Below, piece by piece: positions 9,157-19,245 of a stretch of DNA of 64,000 nt (position 1 is its first letter; the number at the start of each line of letters is the position of its first letter). Position numbers and translations under genes: made by a program. Origin of the DNA: Chlamydiota bacterium. Lineage in GTDB: Bacteria > Chlamydiota > Chlamydiia > Chlamydiales > JAAZZY01. The notes under the pieces are model-generated. The model was not told the origin of the DNA and made no database searches. It saw nothing but the letters and a program-made list of their open reading frames with translations. The stretch is from positions 15,162 to 79,161 of the forward strand of contig JAJACU010000038.1 of NCBI GenBank assembly GCA_022601345.1, read 5' to 3'.

Positions 9157-10887
9157 TTAAGAAAAATAGTTTTTAATTGATTCTTCTGCAATTTCTAACC
9201 TTTTAATAACCTGCTTTCTTAGCTTTGATCCAGGAATTTGAAGTTCTATTTTTTTAAGTGTTGAAAATTCCAATGAACTTGTTGTTTTCATAAAGACTGC
9301 TTTAACTTCACTAGAAGCTAAAATATCAGCGGATCTACTGGGGTTATTTTTTAAATAGCCTGAAAATATTTTGTATGTTGGCTGATCGCTTCCAAGGGGC
9401 ATCCAAAAAACTTCAGGGTTAAATTTCACAGCTTGCCCTTCAGGAAAATAGCAGGGGCTGCTTTTGTTGAAGCATGCAAATGCTTCACCTTTATCGTATC
9501 CAATAACCTTTCCATCTGTATCAATGGCAAATTGACCGGTATGTGCATCATAATTGTAGATTGCAAAATCTGCAATCATATGAGAAAAAAGCTCTTTTTG
9601 CTGTTGAAAAGTCAGCTTGGAAGGGTCAAAGCCTCCAGGTGCTTTAAACGGTGCAGCTTCTAGTTCTAAATAGGGTTGAATAACTCCAGTTTTTGATCCA
9701 ATTTGCACAACATCAGCTTGAGGAACTAAGCCCGCAGTTAAATTTGTGGCAATTTTAGAGCTGCATGATTCTAATTGAGAGGGCATGCTCTCAAGCTCTT
9801 TAAAGAAAAACAAAGCTCCTTTCTTGTCTTCTAAGACATAGGCGTTGTGTGTTCCGCTCTTAATATCTTTAAGAATAAAAAAATCACCTAGGGTGCGATA
9901 TATATTGGCTTCAAAAACGAGTTTAAGGCTCTTTCTAGGCTCTTTAGAGCTTTGGGCTGTCCATTTTGTTAACAAGGGGAATTTAGGTCCGTCTGAGCCA
10001 TTCATTAACATTAATGATTGAGTTTCTTTGAAGCAATTTTTACTTTGAGTTTCTAGGTGTAGTTTGAGCAAAGGGTTTTCTGTTTTTTTTATAAATCTGT
10101 AATATTCTTTTTTAAAACTTTCAAGCTCAGCTACAAAATTTAGGTTTCCAGATAAGTCATTGAAAATATCTAAATAGCTATTATTAAATCCACTTACCCC
10201 ATAAATTCGCATAATGTCTAAGCAGTCAGCACTTTGGATAAGTTTTGATATAATGTGCTTGTCTTCTCCATCATGGTCTTTTTGAGCAAGGTAGCGCATA
10301 CCCTCGAAAATTTCTTTTTCAGAAAACCCAAACTCATTCATTTGCTCGTATATATTTCCAGCACTTTCATCGTCCCAAATATCTACTCCTTCAGCTTGGC
10401 GTGCAGAGTCATGGAACGCTGCAAGAAATTGAGCAAGTACAATTTCTTCTTCTGAAAGACGAACAGTAGGCTGAAATTCATTATACATATTAGCAACCAT
10501 GCGAACGAGTAAGGCTGCTCGTGTAGCGTGCATTTGTCCGTGAGTCCACCTTGGAATAGTTGCTTCACAAAATGAAGGTCCTTCATAGGGCAAACATAAA
10601 GATGTGCAGCCACCTTTGTAATTGCGAGAGATAATTTCACACTGTGAGCTATAGGATAAATCATCCCATCTAACTCGAAACCCATCTAGATTTATAGCTG
10701 TAATCTCACTTGGGGCAGGCATTGGGGTTTTGTAATATGTATTTAATGCTCGTTGTATAGCTTCAGGTAAATTAGCAGCATGGATTCGTTTTTGGCAGCT
10801 CAAGTCAACATTGCCGTCTTTTATTGGAGCTCGACTAGGAATAGGGAGCATATTAAAAAGAGCTAAAGAACGTACTGTAGAGGTCAT
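9157..10887 (-). CDS. Large hypothetical protein; HD-like N-terminal region and atypical kinase-like C-terminal region
   Basis: 576 aa. H..H / HD / D pattern (HGQMHATRAA ... AAFHDSARQ ... SADCLDIMR). C-terminal IADFAIYNYDAHTGQFAIDTDGKVIGYDKGEAF resembles a D-x-H-x-x-N catalytic loop plus a D-x-G type metal loop. Confidence 0.3.
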   Translation of the reverse strand: MTSTVRSLALFNMLPIPSRAPIKDGNVDLSCQKRIHAANLPEAIQRALNTYYKTPMPAPSEITAINLDGFRVRWDDLSYSSQCEIISRNYKGGCTSLCLPYEGPSFCEATIPRWTHGQMHATRAALLVRMVANMYNEFQPTVRLSEEEIVLAQFLAAFHDSARQAEGVDIWDDESAGNIYEQMNEFGFSEKEIFEGMRYLAQKDHDGEDKHIISKLIQSADCLDIMRIYGVSGFNNSYLDIFNDLSGNLNFVAELESFKKEYYRFIKKTENPLLKLHLETQSKNCFKETQSLMLMNGSDGPKFPLLTKWTAQSSKEPRKSLKLVFEANIYRTLGDFFILKDIKSGTHNAYVLEDKKGALFFFKELESMPSQLESCSSKIATNLTAGLVPQADVVQIGSKTGVIQPYLELEAAPFKAPGGFDPSKLTFQQQKELFSHMIADFAIYNYDAHTGQFAIDTDGKVIGYDKGEAFACFNKSSPCYFPEGQAVKFNPEVFWMPLGSDQPTYKIFSGYLKNNPSRSADILASSEVKAVFMKTTSSLEFSTLKKIELQIPGSKLRKQVIKRLEIAEESIKNYFS

Positions 10888-10948
10888 TAAAATACTCCTT
10901 GTTTAAGAAAGTATTTTAACTATTTATTATTAAGGATTTATAAAGAAT

Positions 10949-12328
10949 TTATAGAGTTCCAAGTCGCTCAATGAGCTGAGAAATCACTAAAAACCCTTTC
11001 TTGAGGCGACTTACAGTGAAATGTTCATTGGGAGCATGTATTTTGTCAGTGCTAAGTGATACCCCTAGTCCGATAACCTGAGCGTCCGTAGCCTCTTTCA
11101 GGGCTAATGTGACAGGCAGACTGCCTCCTCCAACAAATTTTTTACAAGGTGTCTTGAATACTTCTGTGTATGCCCAAGAAACTGCATCAACAACCTTAGA
11201 ATTGAATTCTGCTCTAAAAGGTGCAGAAGGGGCGTGGCTATGTGAGAGGGTTAGTTTGAAGCCTTCGGGTACAAGAGATTTAATATGCTCTTGGAACAAT
11301 TCATAAATTTTTAAAGGGTCTTGGTCAGGAACCAAGCGCATAGAGACTTTGGCATGGGCTTTTGAAGGGATAACTGTTTTAAAGCCCTCTTCAATATATC
11401 CGCCCCAAAGGCCGTTAATTTCAAATGTCGGGCGCAGGCCAGATCGTTCAAGAGGAGAGTATTTTTTTTCACCCCCTAGAGGTTTTACGCCCAATTCTTT
11501 AACAAAAGCTTTTTCATCAAAATCAAGATACAGCTCTTCCATTTCTGCGCTAGAGAGCTCTTTAATAGCATCATAAAATCCAGGAATAGTGACGCTGCCA
11601 TCTGAGGTATGAAATTTGGCAAGCATCTCGCAAAGTGCTTGAAGCGGGTTGTAAACAATACCCCCAAAGAGGCCAGAGTGAAGGTCAGAATTTGGACCTT
11701 CAAGAGTTATTTCAGATGTGCATATTCCACGCACCCCCAGTCCAACTGCAGGAGTCTCTTCATTTGGAATATCTACGTCTACAATAAGAATGTAATCTGC
11801 TTGGACTTGTTCTTTTTTTTCTTCTAAGTACTCTTGGAGGCTTTGACTTCCTATCTCTTCTTCACCTTCAATGAGGATTTTCAAATTAACTGGGTAGGCC
11901 CCTTCTTTTTTATAGAGAGCCCTAAGAGCAGAGATTGTATAAAATGCTTGCCCTTTGTTATCGCAGGCTCCTCGAGCATAGACAGTGTCGCCTTTAAGTG
12001 TGGGCTCAAAAGGGGGAGTATCCCAAAGTTCTATAGGGTCTACAGGTTGAACATCGTAGTGAAGGTAAATCAATACTGTAGGTTTTTGTTCTCCTGCTTT
12101 TAAATTTTGCGCTAAAATACATGGATTTTTTTTTGTATCCCAAATTTCAATATCTAGGTCAATGGCTTGCAAGTAGGTTTTTAACCAGTCTACGCAAGCA
12201 GTAATTTCAGGCTTGTACTTACTTTGTGCTGAGATGGTTTTAAAACGTAGGTATTGGAAGAACTCATCTAAGAGCATATCTTTGTTATCATCAAATTCTT
12301 TGTTGTAGTACTCAAGTGAGAGATTCAT
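10949..12328 (-). CDS. M20 family metallopeptidase (dipeptidase/deacylase type)
   Basis: LIYLHYDVQPVDP..W..PPFEP..KGD.VYARGACDNKGQ, EGEEEIGS and a dimerisation-domain sized insert. Start moved to ATG MNLSLEYY (12328) rather than the track's 12385. Confidence 0.85.
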   Translation of the reverse strand: MNLSLEYYNKEFDDNKDMLLDEFFQYLRFKTISAQSKYKPEITACVDWLKTYLQAIDLDIEIWDTKKNPCILAQNLKAGEQKPTVLIYLHYDVQPVDPIELWDTPPFEPTLKGDTVYARGACDNKGQAFYTISALRALYKKEGAYPVNLKILIEGEEEIGSQSLQEYLEEKKEQVQADYILIVDVDIPNEETPAVGLGVRGICTSEITLEGPNSDLHSGLFGGIVYNPLQALCEMLAKFHTSDGSVTIPGFYDAIKELSSAEMEELYLDFDEKAFVKELGVKPLGGEKKYSPLERSGLRPTFEINGLWGGYIEEGFKTVIPSKAHAKVSMRLVPDQDPLKIYELFQEHIKSLVPEGFKLTLSHSHAPSAPFRAEFNSKVVDAVSWAYTEVFKTPCKKFVGGGSLPVTLALKEATDAQVIGLGVSLSTDKIHAPNEHFTVSRLKKGFLVISQLIERLGTL

Positions 12329-12545
12329 TTTCAGGGGTATCCGTTTCTGTTTTATTAATTTTTTGACCCATAATTGCTCGAGCATTCTCGAGCATATAAC
12401 ATCCTAAAACTTCGTCACCATCGTATGTCATTTCTACAAATATTTCATCTGTGGTTTCAGATTTATTACATACCATTAAAACGAAACATTCAAGATCCTC
12501 TTTTTTAAGAATCTTTTCAACTTTAGAAAGTAGTTTAGTAAGCAT
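12312..12545 (-). CDS. Small hypothetical protein (77 aa)
   Basis: AAGGA about 6 nt upstream of ATG. Overlaps the peptidase start by 17 nt, which suggests coupling. No recognisable domain. Confidence 0.5.
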   Translation of the reverse strand: MLTKLLSKVEKILKKEDLECFVLMVCNKSETTDEIFVEMTYDGDEVLGCYMLENARAIMGQKINKTETDTPENESLT

Positions 12546-12618
12546 TGTAGTCCTTAAAACTTTTTTGTTGCAAATCTAAATACGCAATAAAAGAATAATT
12601 TGTAAATAGATAAAGAAG

Positions 12619-13371
12619 TTAAACAACTTTTTCTGCAATTTTGTCGGCTACACAAGTTGGTAAAGATGCGATCCAATGAATAAGAAAATGAAGTGCTTTG
12701 GGAAAAGCTATTAGAGACTTGTTCTTGTAAAGACCTTTTAAAATAATTTGAGCAGCTCGCTCAGAGCTCATAACAAGGGGCATTTTAAATGGATTTTGAT
12801 CTGTGAGCGGAGTCTTTACAAACCCAGGGGCAATTGTAGAAACTTTAATGTTGTTTCTTTTTAAGTCTAACCTTAATCCCTGAGCATAGATTCTTGCATA
12901 AGCTTTAGTCGCGTTATACACATAGTACTTTGAGTAACCTCGAAAGGCGGCAAGTGAACTCATAATGGCAATTTGGCCGCAGGCTCGCTCTTTCATGGGT
13001 TGTATTAAAGGATCTATAGTATTGTGGATGCCAAGAATATTTGTTTGAATAATTTCAATGTTATCTGGAGAGCCGTTATTAAGTTTTTCACTTTGCGCTG
13101 TTCCTATCCCGGCATTTGCTACAACAAGATCAACAGCATTTTCTTTATCAATGCTTTGTATGGTTTTAGACATATTTTCTTTGTCTTTAATATCCACAGA
13201 AAATATTTCTACTCGAGCTCCTCTCTTGAGGCAAGCTTCTTTGACAGATTCGAGTTTAGATTTGTTTCGACCCAGTAGGTATAAATTCTTACTTTGGTTT
13301 GAAAGTTCAATAGACAGAGCTTTTCCAATACCTGAACTGGCTCCCGTGATTATTACACTAGAGTATTTCAT
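12619..13371 (-). CDS. Short-chain dehydrogenase/reductase (SDR) family oxidoreductase
   Basis: ITGASSGIGKAL cofactor motif, NAG and Y-x-x-x-K (YNATKAY) catalytic motif. Confidence 0.9.
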   Translation of the reverse strand: MKYSSVIITGASSGIGKALSIELSNQSKNLYLLGRNKSKLESVKEACLKRGARVEIFSVDIKDKENMSKTIQSIDKENAVDLVVANAGIGTAQSEKLNNGSPDNIEIIQTNILGIHNTIDPLIQPMKERACGQIAIMSSLAAFRGYSKYYVYNATKAYARIYAQGLRLDLKRNNIKVSTIAPGFVKTPLTDQNPFKMPLVMSSERAAQIILKGLYKNKSLIAFPKALHFLIHWIASLPTCVADKIAEKVV

Positions 13372-14975
13372 GAAAGTTCCAAAATGTGGTTACGCGATTC
13401 GCAAATTTTAGCGTCTCCAAAATATTGTATAGGTCCAGGTGCATTGTAATGGTCTTCTATTAACCAAGAGCTTCTTTTTTCTTCGAGCATTTTAAAATGG
13501 GCACCTTCTGTTTCTACAAGTGCTTTTTTTATTACAGCTTTATCTTTCCCGTGCCTGTGTTCAATGTTCATAAGGCTTGTAATGGGAATCCCATATATAT
13601 CCCAATCTTTTGCACGACCCTTTAGACCTTTTACGCAGGCTATATATCCTGAATGGTTCGATTGAATAAGTGTAGCTGCTGCTGCACCTAATGCATAAGT
13701 ATATTCTGCGTCAAAGCAAGTGGGGTTGGCACATCTTCCTTCATAGCCAAAATAGTGAGGTAGGGGATTGAATTTTCCAAAATATTGTTCACTTTTTTTG
13801 GCACAGTCAAGGCGTTTTGCCGTCATTTCTATCAAAAGTTTGTGCGTTTCAATTTTTGCAAGTTGTATGTTGCCATGAGGATCTCTATCGAGCATCAGCT
13901 GTTGCTGAATATTGCTGGGAAGCAGTTCAAAGAAATCTTTAGCTTTCTCTGATAGATGCCCACTAACATTTTGAGCATTTAAATCCTCATTATGTGCTAA
14001 AAGGCTGTTGAGTTCATCATTGAGCAGCTTAAATGAGGGAATAAAATCAATAAGACCCTCGGGAATAAGAACTACCCCATAATCTTTTCCTTTCTCCGAG
14101 CGCTTGATAACCATATTTGCAATCTCATCAATAATATCTGAAAGGCAGGTCTTATTTTTAAGAATTTCTTCTCCAATAAAAACTAGATTCGGGCGCGTTT
14201 GAAGCGCGCATTCAAGAGCTATGTGTGATGCAGAGCGTCCCATCAATTTGATAAAATGATAGTATTTTTTTGCAGAGATAGCATCTGTTAAAATGTTTCC
14301 AATCAGCTCAGAATAAAGTTTGCAGGCCGTATCAAAGCCAAAGGATATTTCTATGTAGTCATTATGGAGATCTCCATCAATAGTTTTGGGGACCCCAGCT
14401 ACAGCAGTTTTACAATTATTCTCTTTGAAATGCTGCGCAAGAATTGCGGCATTTGTGTTTGAATCATCTCCTCCAATAATTACAAACCCATCAAGGTTTA
14501 GGTGTTTAGCAACTTTTGTAGCTTGCTTTAGCTGATCAGGAGACGCTATTTTTGTGCGCCCTGATCCTATCATATTGAATCCACCTAAATTACGATGTTT
14601 GTCGAGTAGCTCTTTTGTTATTTCAATATAGCGCTCGTCTAATAACCCCGAAGGACCTCCTAGAAAGCCCAGCAACTTTGATGAGGAATTAATTTTTTTT
14701 AATGCCTCATAGAGACCCCAAATTACATTGTGCCCGCCCGGCGCTTGCCCTCCAGAAAAAACAACTCCAACAATTTTGGGAGAACTGTCTTTTCTTTTTT
14801 GGGGCTTTAGTTTTAGGTAGGGCAGATCTTTGATGTGCTCAAAATATGGGGTTACTTCTTTGGGTGTTACGGCAGTCTCTTTTGCTATAAATTCTACTTC
14901 ATTTAAATGGGTTAGCAGCTTGGGTCGTTCAATACTTTTTTGTAAGAGAGCTTGGTTTAATGGATTTAATTTCAT
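13368..14975 (-). CDS. pfp: Diphosphate--fructose-6-phosphate 1-phosphotransferase (PPi-dependent phosphofructokinase, long form)
   Basis: FSGGQAPGGHNVI, GGDDSNTNA, PKTIDGDL and MGR motifs. Start moved from the track's TTG (15032) to ATG MKLNPLN (14975). ATGA overlap with the SDR gene. Confidence 0.9.
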   Translation of the reverse strand: MKLNPLNQALLQKSIERPKLLTHLNEVEFIAKETAVTPKEVTPYFEHIKDLPYLKLKPQKRKDSSPKIVGVVFSGGQAPGGHNVIWGLYEALKKINSSSKLLGFLGGPSGLLDERYIEITKELLDKHRNLGGFNMIGSGRTKIASPDQLKQATKVAKHLNLDGFVIIGGDDSNTNAAILAQHFKENNCKTAVAGVPKTIDGDLHNDYIEISFGFDTACKLYSELIGNILTDAISAKKYYHFIKLMGRSASHIALECALQTRPNLVFIGEEILKNKTCLSDIIDEIANMVIKRSEKGKDYGVVLIPEGLIDFIPSFKLLNDELNSLLAHNEDLNAQNVSGHLSEKAKDFFELLPSNIQQQLMLDRDPHGNIQLAKIETHKLLIEMTAKRLDCAKKSEQYFGKFNPLPHYFGYEGRCANPTCFDAEYTYALGAAAATLIQSNHSGYIACVKGLKGRAKDWDIYGIPITSLMNIEHRHGKDKAVIKKALVETEGAHFKMLEEKRSSWLIEDHYNAPGPIQYFGDAKICESRNHILELS

Positions 14976-15045
14976 GGACTTTATTTTATAAGATGAAAAA
15001 CAAGATTTACATGGAATTGATGCAAGAGTCAAGAAAAAGCTAAGG

Positions 15046-16422
15046 CTAGCAATAAATTACATTTACAGCGAGGCCTCCCAATGAGGTTTCTTTATAAATA
15101 GACTGCATGTCTTGACCTGTTTGAAACATTGTCTTTATGACCTCATCTAATGACACTTTGCTGTCTTGGCCGCTGCGTTGCATTGCAAGTCGTGCAGCGT
15201 TAATAGCTTTTATTGCACCCATAGTGTTTCTCTCAATGCAAGGCACTTGCACCAGTCCATCTACAGGATCACAAGTGAGGCCTAAGTTGTGCTCCATTCC
15301 GATCTCGGCTGCTATTTCTACTTGTTTTGGAGTCGCGCCCCAAACAGCAGCAAGAGCTCCAGCTGCCATTGAGCAAGCAACGCCAACTTCTCCTTGGCAT
15401 CCCATTTCAGCTGCGGAAATAGAGGCTCCTTTTTTGTAAAGAACTCCAATAGCAGCAGCAGTTAGTAAAAAAACTTCAACCCATCGATCACACTTTTTTT
15501 TAGTGAATTTCTCATAGTAATGCAAAACTGCAGGAACAACTCCAGCGCCCCCATTTGTTGGGGCTGTTACGACGCGTCCACCTGCAGCATTTTCTTCATT
15601 TACAGCGAGAGCAAACAATGAAACCCAGTCAAAAACATCTTCGAGTTCTTGCTCTCTATTAGGGTCACTTAAAAATTTATACAGATCAGGAGCTCTTCTT
15701 TTAACATTCAGCTTGCCCGGTAGATAGCCTGCATTTTTACAACCGTTTTCGACAGACTCTTGCATCACTTCCCAGAGTTTTGCCACTCCTTGGTGTATGT
15801 CTTTTTCAATATGGTGTGATTTTTCATTCTCGAGCATAATCTGATCAATAGATAAACTGTGTTTTTTGCATAACGCTAGAAGTTCATCGCATGTTGAAAA
15901 TGGGTAGGGGATTTCAAAAAGTTTTTCCATGGGAGCTTTATGTTGAATCTTGCGGTGCTCAACTATAAACCCTCCTCCGATTGAGTAAATTATCTCATTA
16001 AAGAGCTGCTCCCCACTCTTATCGTAGGCTATAAAGCGCATAGCATTGCTATGGTATGGAATAACTTTGTCCTTGTAGAGAACGAGGTCTGTTTTTTCAC
16101 TAAATGCTATTATATGCTTTCCAAGCAGATTGATTTTTTTACTTTGTCTAATGTTTTTTAGAGAGTCTTCTATAATTTCAGGTTGTATCGTTTCGGGTAA
16201 ATGCCCTTCTAGTCCCATTAAAATAGCTACATCGGTCTTGTGCCCAATACCCGTTAGTGCTAAAGATCCGTAGAGCTCAACTTGAATGCGAGTTGTTTTG
16301 CTGATGAGGTCTTTTTCTAAAAGTTCATTTAGGTAGGCGTGAGCAGCACGCATAGGGCCGACGGTGTGTGAGCTAGAGGGGCCAATACCAACAGATAGTA
16401 AATCAAATACGCTGATAAACAA
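15046..16422 (-). CDS. sdaA: L-serine ammonia-lyase (iron-sulfur dependent, single-chain)
   Basis: [23 protein letters not shown]-terminus, alpha-domain [19 protein letters not shown] and [13 protein letters not shown]. Apparent TTG start. Confidence 0.93.
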   Translation of the reverse strand: MFISVFDLLSVGIGPSSSHTVGPMRAAHAYLNELLEKDLISKTTRIQVELYGSLALTGIGHKTDVAILMGLEGHLPETIQPEIIEDSLKNIRQSKKINLLGKHIIAFSEKTDLVLYKDKVIPYHSNAMRFIAYDKSGEQLFNEIIYSIGGGFIVEHRKIQHKAPMEKLFEIPYPFSTCDELLALCKKHSLSIDQIMLENEKSHHIEKDIHQGVAKLWEVMQESVENGCKNAGYLPGKLNVKRRAPDLYKFLSDPNREQELEDVFDWVSLFALAVNEENAAGGRVVTAPTNGGAGVVPAVLHYYEKFTKKKCDRWVEVFLLTAAAIGVLYKKGASISAAEMGCQGEVGVACSMAAGALAAVWGATPKQVEIAAEIGMEHNLGLTCDPVDGLVQVPCIERNTMGAIKAINAARLAMQRSGQDSKVSLDEVIKTMFQTGQDMQSIYKETSLGGLAVNVIYC

Positions 16423-16442
16423 AGGTGAACCTAAAGTTGAAT

Positions 16443-17684
16443 TTATTCAGTTGCAGCTGGGCTTTCCATTTCATCTGAAAGGGCAAGCTCACTTTGCTGC
16501 GCTTCTTTATTGACTATAGTCGTAACAGAAATGTCCGACCATACATTAAGAGCGGTTTCAATCATATCAATAAAAGCATAGATAGGCAAAATCATTCCCA
16601 TAATTTCTATAGGCACGCCCATAGCTACCAAAAATGCGCTAGATAGGAAGTAACATCCCATGGGAACAGACGCATTTCCAATTGCTGCTAAAGTGGCTAA
16701 AAGCACCCAAAAGATCATCATGGGTAGGCTAAAAAATAAGCCACACTCAGCTGAAACAAATAGAACTGTAATTAATATAAAAGCTGCACATCCATTCATG
16801 TTAATAACTGAACATAAAGGCAGAGAGAAGTTGGCTATTTTTTTAGAAACCTTACCTTTATTAATAGAGCATTCTATGGTCAGGGGAAGAGCTGCTGAAG
16901 ATGATTTTGAGAAGAAGGCTGTTAAAAGAGCAGGATAACACATCTTTAAAGTTTTAAGAGGTGAGACTCCCTTTATTTTTAAAAGTATGGGTAGAACAAT
17001 GACCCCTTGTACGATATTTGCCCCAACAACACAAATAATATAAAAGATAAGAGGTTTTACAGAGCTATAGTCATAGATAAGTCTTTGTAAGAAGAGTGTT
17101 GTAAAGGCCCATATTCCAATTGGAATAAAGCGAATTATCACGGATGTAATTTTGAGCAGAGCTTGGAATAGGCTAGAAAATAAAGTGTGTAGATGAACTC
17201 TTTGCTTCTCTGGAAGTGTTAATATTGCAAAGCCCATTGCTGCAGAAATTAAAGCGGCTCCAAAAACATTATTTTCTAAAAATACTTCGACAAAATTAGT
17301 TGGGAACATTTGAAGTAGTGTTGTTAGAAAAGGAGGTTGAACAGGGGTGGCTAGACCACTGTGGATTTGCATTAATCCTGTAGAGGGTTGGATGATAATG
17401 AAGAAAAGCAGTGCTGTGGTTGCGGCAATTAAAGTAGTAAGTAGAGTGTATTTTAAGACTTTTCGACCTAGAAACTTCATTTCCTTTAAACTGTCAAAAC
17501 CACTGATGGTCGCAATGATTGAAAGGAAAACTATTGGAATGCCTATTAGCTTAAGCGCTCCGAGGAAAATTTCAGAAAGGAAGCTTGCTGTTAGAATGAA
17601 GATTGGTATTTTCAAAATCCCCGTTAGAACACCAAGTCCTAAAGCTAAGGTGATAAAGACTGTAGAACGTAACTGATTTTTCAT
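16443..17684 (-). CDS. Dicarboxylate/amino acid:cation symporter (DAACS family)
   Basis: 413 aa polytopic membrane protein with FFSKSSSAALP and SVPMG / FIDM..TA.NV reentrant-loop style motifs. Lies upstream of sdaA in the same operon, so a serine/threonine-type substrate is plausible. Confidence 0.85.
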   Translation of the reverse strand: MKNQLRSTVFITLALGLGVLTGILKIPIFILTASFLSEIFLGALKLIGIPIVFLSIIATISGFDSLKEMKFLGRKVLKYTLLTTLIAATTALLFFIIIQPSTGLMQIHSGLATPVQPPFLTTLLQMFPTNFVEVFLENNVFGAALISAAMGFAILTLPEKQRVHLHTLFSSLFQALLKITSVIIRFIPIGIWAFTTLFLQRLIYDYSSVKPLIFYIICVVGANIVQGVIVLPILLKIKGVSPLKTLKMCYPALLTAFFSKSSSAALPLTIECSINKGKVSKKIANFSLPLCSVINMNGCAAFILITVLFVSAECGLFFSLPMMIFWVLLATLAAIGNASVPMGCYFLSSAFLVAMGVPIEIMGMILPIYAFIDMIETALNVWSDISVTTIVNKEAQQSELALSDEMESPAATE

Positions 17685-17831
17685 AATTTTTTGTGAAAGA
17701 AAGTTGCGATGACTCTTTTTTGTAAAGTTTTTCTTTTATTAAATAGTAGTTTATAAGTAAAGGTTTTGTCAAATTTTTTAAGAAAAAAATCTGCTTAATT
17801 ATAGTTGATGGTTTATTTTTTTACACGTCTA

Positions 17832-17876
17832 TAATATTTAAACTTTATTTAATTACTAAATAAAGTTTAAATATTA
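17832..17876. repeat. Perfect 17-bp (19-bp with flanks) inverted repeat with 7-nt loop
   Basis: ATATTTAAACTTTATTT-aattact-AAATAAAGTTTAAATAT lies between the stop of 17897..18349 and the start of the transporter operon. The stem is AT-only and no U-run follows on either strand. Confidence 0.7.
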
Positions 17877-17896
17877 ACTATTAGGCACTATTAAAA

Positions 17897-18349
17897 TTAG
17901 TGCTCAGGCTGCGAAAGTGTTTCAACATTTTTAGTTGCCAAATAAACTCTGTAAAGCAAATAGCTCATTGCTAGCATGATCAGTACAGTCAATCCGTAAC
18001 ACAATGCAAAAGTCACTTTAGGACTTTTAAAACCCATTGTTAGAAATAGTTGATAGGTCTGTTTTGCCTTGATAGTCATCGAAACCAAGTAAGTAGCAAA
18101 CAGTGCAAGGTAAGAAAATAGGGCAATTATGGCGCTTTTAGGACTAATTTTAAAACGGTTATAAAGTAGAGATACAAAAATTGAAGTGTAGATTATAAGG
18201 TTTGCCCAAAAGTCAAAAGTGTAGTGCTTGGTGCCTTTTGGAGTTGCAAAAATTGAGAATATTGCGAGTAAAAATAAAATAGAAGCAACTGCAAGTCCCC
18301 AGGTTAAAGTATTTTTTTGTGATTTTATATAAAGTTTCTTAGTGTCCAT
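17897..18349 (-). CDS. Hypothetical membrane protein (4 predicted TM helices)
   Basis: 150 aa with four hydrophobic helices. Start overlaps the EVE gene end by 11 nt. Last gene of the kdsB operon. Confidence 0.7.
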   Translation of the reverse strand: MDTKKLYIKSQKNTLTWGLAVASILFLLAIFSIFATPKGTKHYTFDFWANLIIYTSIFVSLLYNRFKISPKSAIIALFSYLALFATYLVSMTIKAKQTYQLFLTMGFKSPKVTFALCYGLTVLIMLAMSYLLYRVYLATKNVETLSQPEH

Positions 18350-18800
18350 GTGTCCTCATTATTTGATTGAATTCACCTTCTGTAACAGGTTGAATAGACA
18401 AGCGAGAACCTTTTTTTAAAACTATCATATCATCTAGCTTATCAGTAGCTCTTAAGTCATCAAGACTGATTACTTTGTGAAATTTTTTTATAAATTTAAC
18501 ATCAACCATAAACCAAATAGGTTTTTCTTCACTAGCTTTGGCGTCATAATATTTACTATCAGGATCGCGGGCTGTATGATCAGGATAGCCCTCCCTTTGT
18601 ATTTCCATTAGGCCTACTATTCCCGATGGTTTTGCATTTGAATGGTAAAAAAAAGCAAGATCGCCCTTTTTCATTTGATCTCGCATGAAATTACGCGCTT
18701 GGTAATTTCTAACGCCTTCCCAAAAAGCCGTCTTCTCATTTTTAAGATCATCAATTGAGTAAGCGCTTGGCTCACATTTCATTAACCAGTAATTAACCAT
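18339..18800 (-). CDS. EVE (PUA-like) domain protein
   Basis: NYWLMKCEPSAYSIDDL...WEGVRNYQARNFMRD.MKKGDLAFFYHSN...IVGL.E is the canonical EVE-domain N-terminal pattern. Confidence 0.85.
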   Translation of the reverse strand: MVNYWLMKCEPSAYSIDDLKNEKTAFWEGVRNYQARNFMRDQMKKGDLAFFYHSNAKPSGIVGLMEIQREGYPDHTARDPDSKYYDAKASEEKPIWFMVDVKFIKKFHKVISLDDLRATDKLDDMIVLKKGSRLSIQPVTEGEFNQIMRTHGH

Positions 18801-19245
18801 TGATTGCAGGGATGGGGAGTAGAGAGTTGTCTTTTTGATCTAAATAACTTTGAAGTATTAATGTTGCACAGGCAGCATCAATAACTTTAGAGCGTTTTTT
18901 TCGAGACATTTTATTGTCTTTCATGACGCGTTCAACTTGAACCGTTGTTAAGCGCTCATCCCATGCAGTAATAGTAACTGAAGATTGTTTTTTCAACTCT
19001 TCAATAAAATAACCTGTTTCATCACTCGAAAAGCTGTTTTGACCATTTAAACGAAGGGGCATTCCCACAACTATTTCTTCTATAGATTGATCTTGAAGCT
19101 CTTTGAGAATAAGTTTTACGGTGTCTTTTAACGATTTTTGATTTTGGATAGTTTTAAAAGGTGAGGCTATAATTTTGCTTGGGTCAGATAAAGCCACTCC
19201 AATACGCGCCATTCCAAAGTCAATGCCAACAATTCTTTTATACAT
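18793..19245 (-). CDS. ruvX: Putative pre-16S rRNA nuclease / Holliday junction resolvase-like protein YqgF
   Basis: IVGIDFGMARIGVALSD N-terminus and WDERLTT motif. 8-nt overlaps on both sides. Confidence 0.9.
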   Translation of the reverse strand: MYKRIVGIDFGMARIGVALSDPSKIIASPFKTIQNQKSLKDTVKLILKELQDQSIEEIVVGMPLRLNGQNSFSSDETGYFIEELKKQSSVTITAWDERLTTVQVERVMKDNKMSRKKRSKVIDAACATLILQSYLDQKDNSLLPIPAING

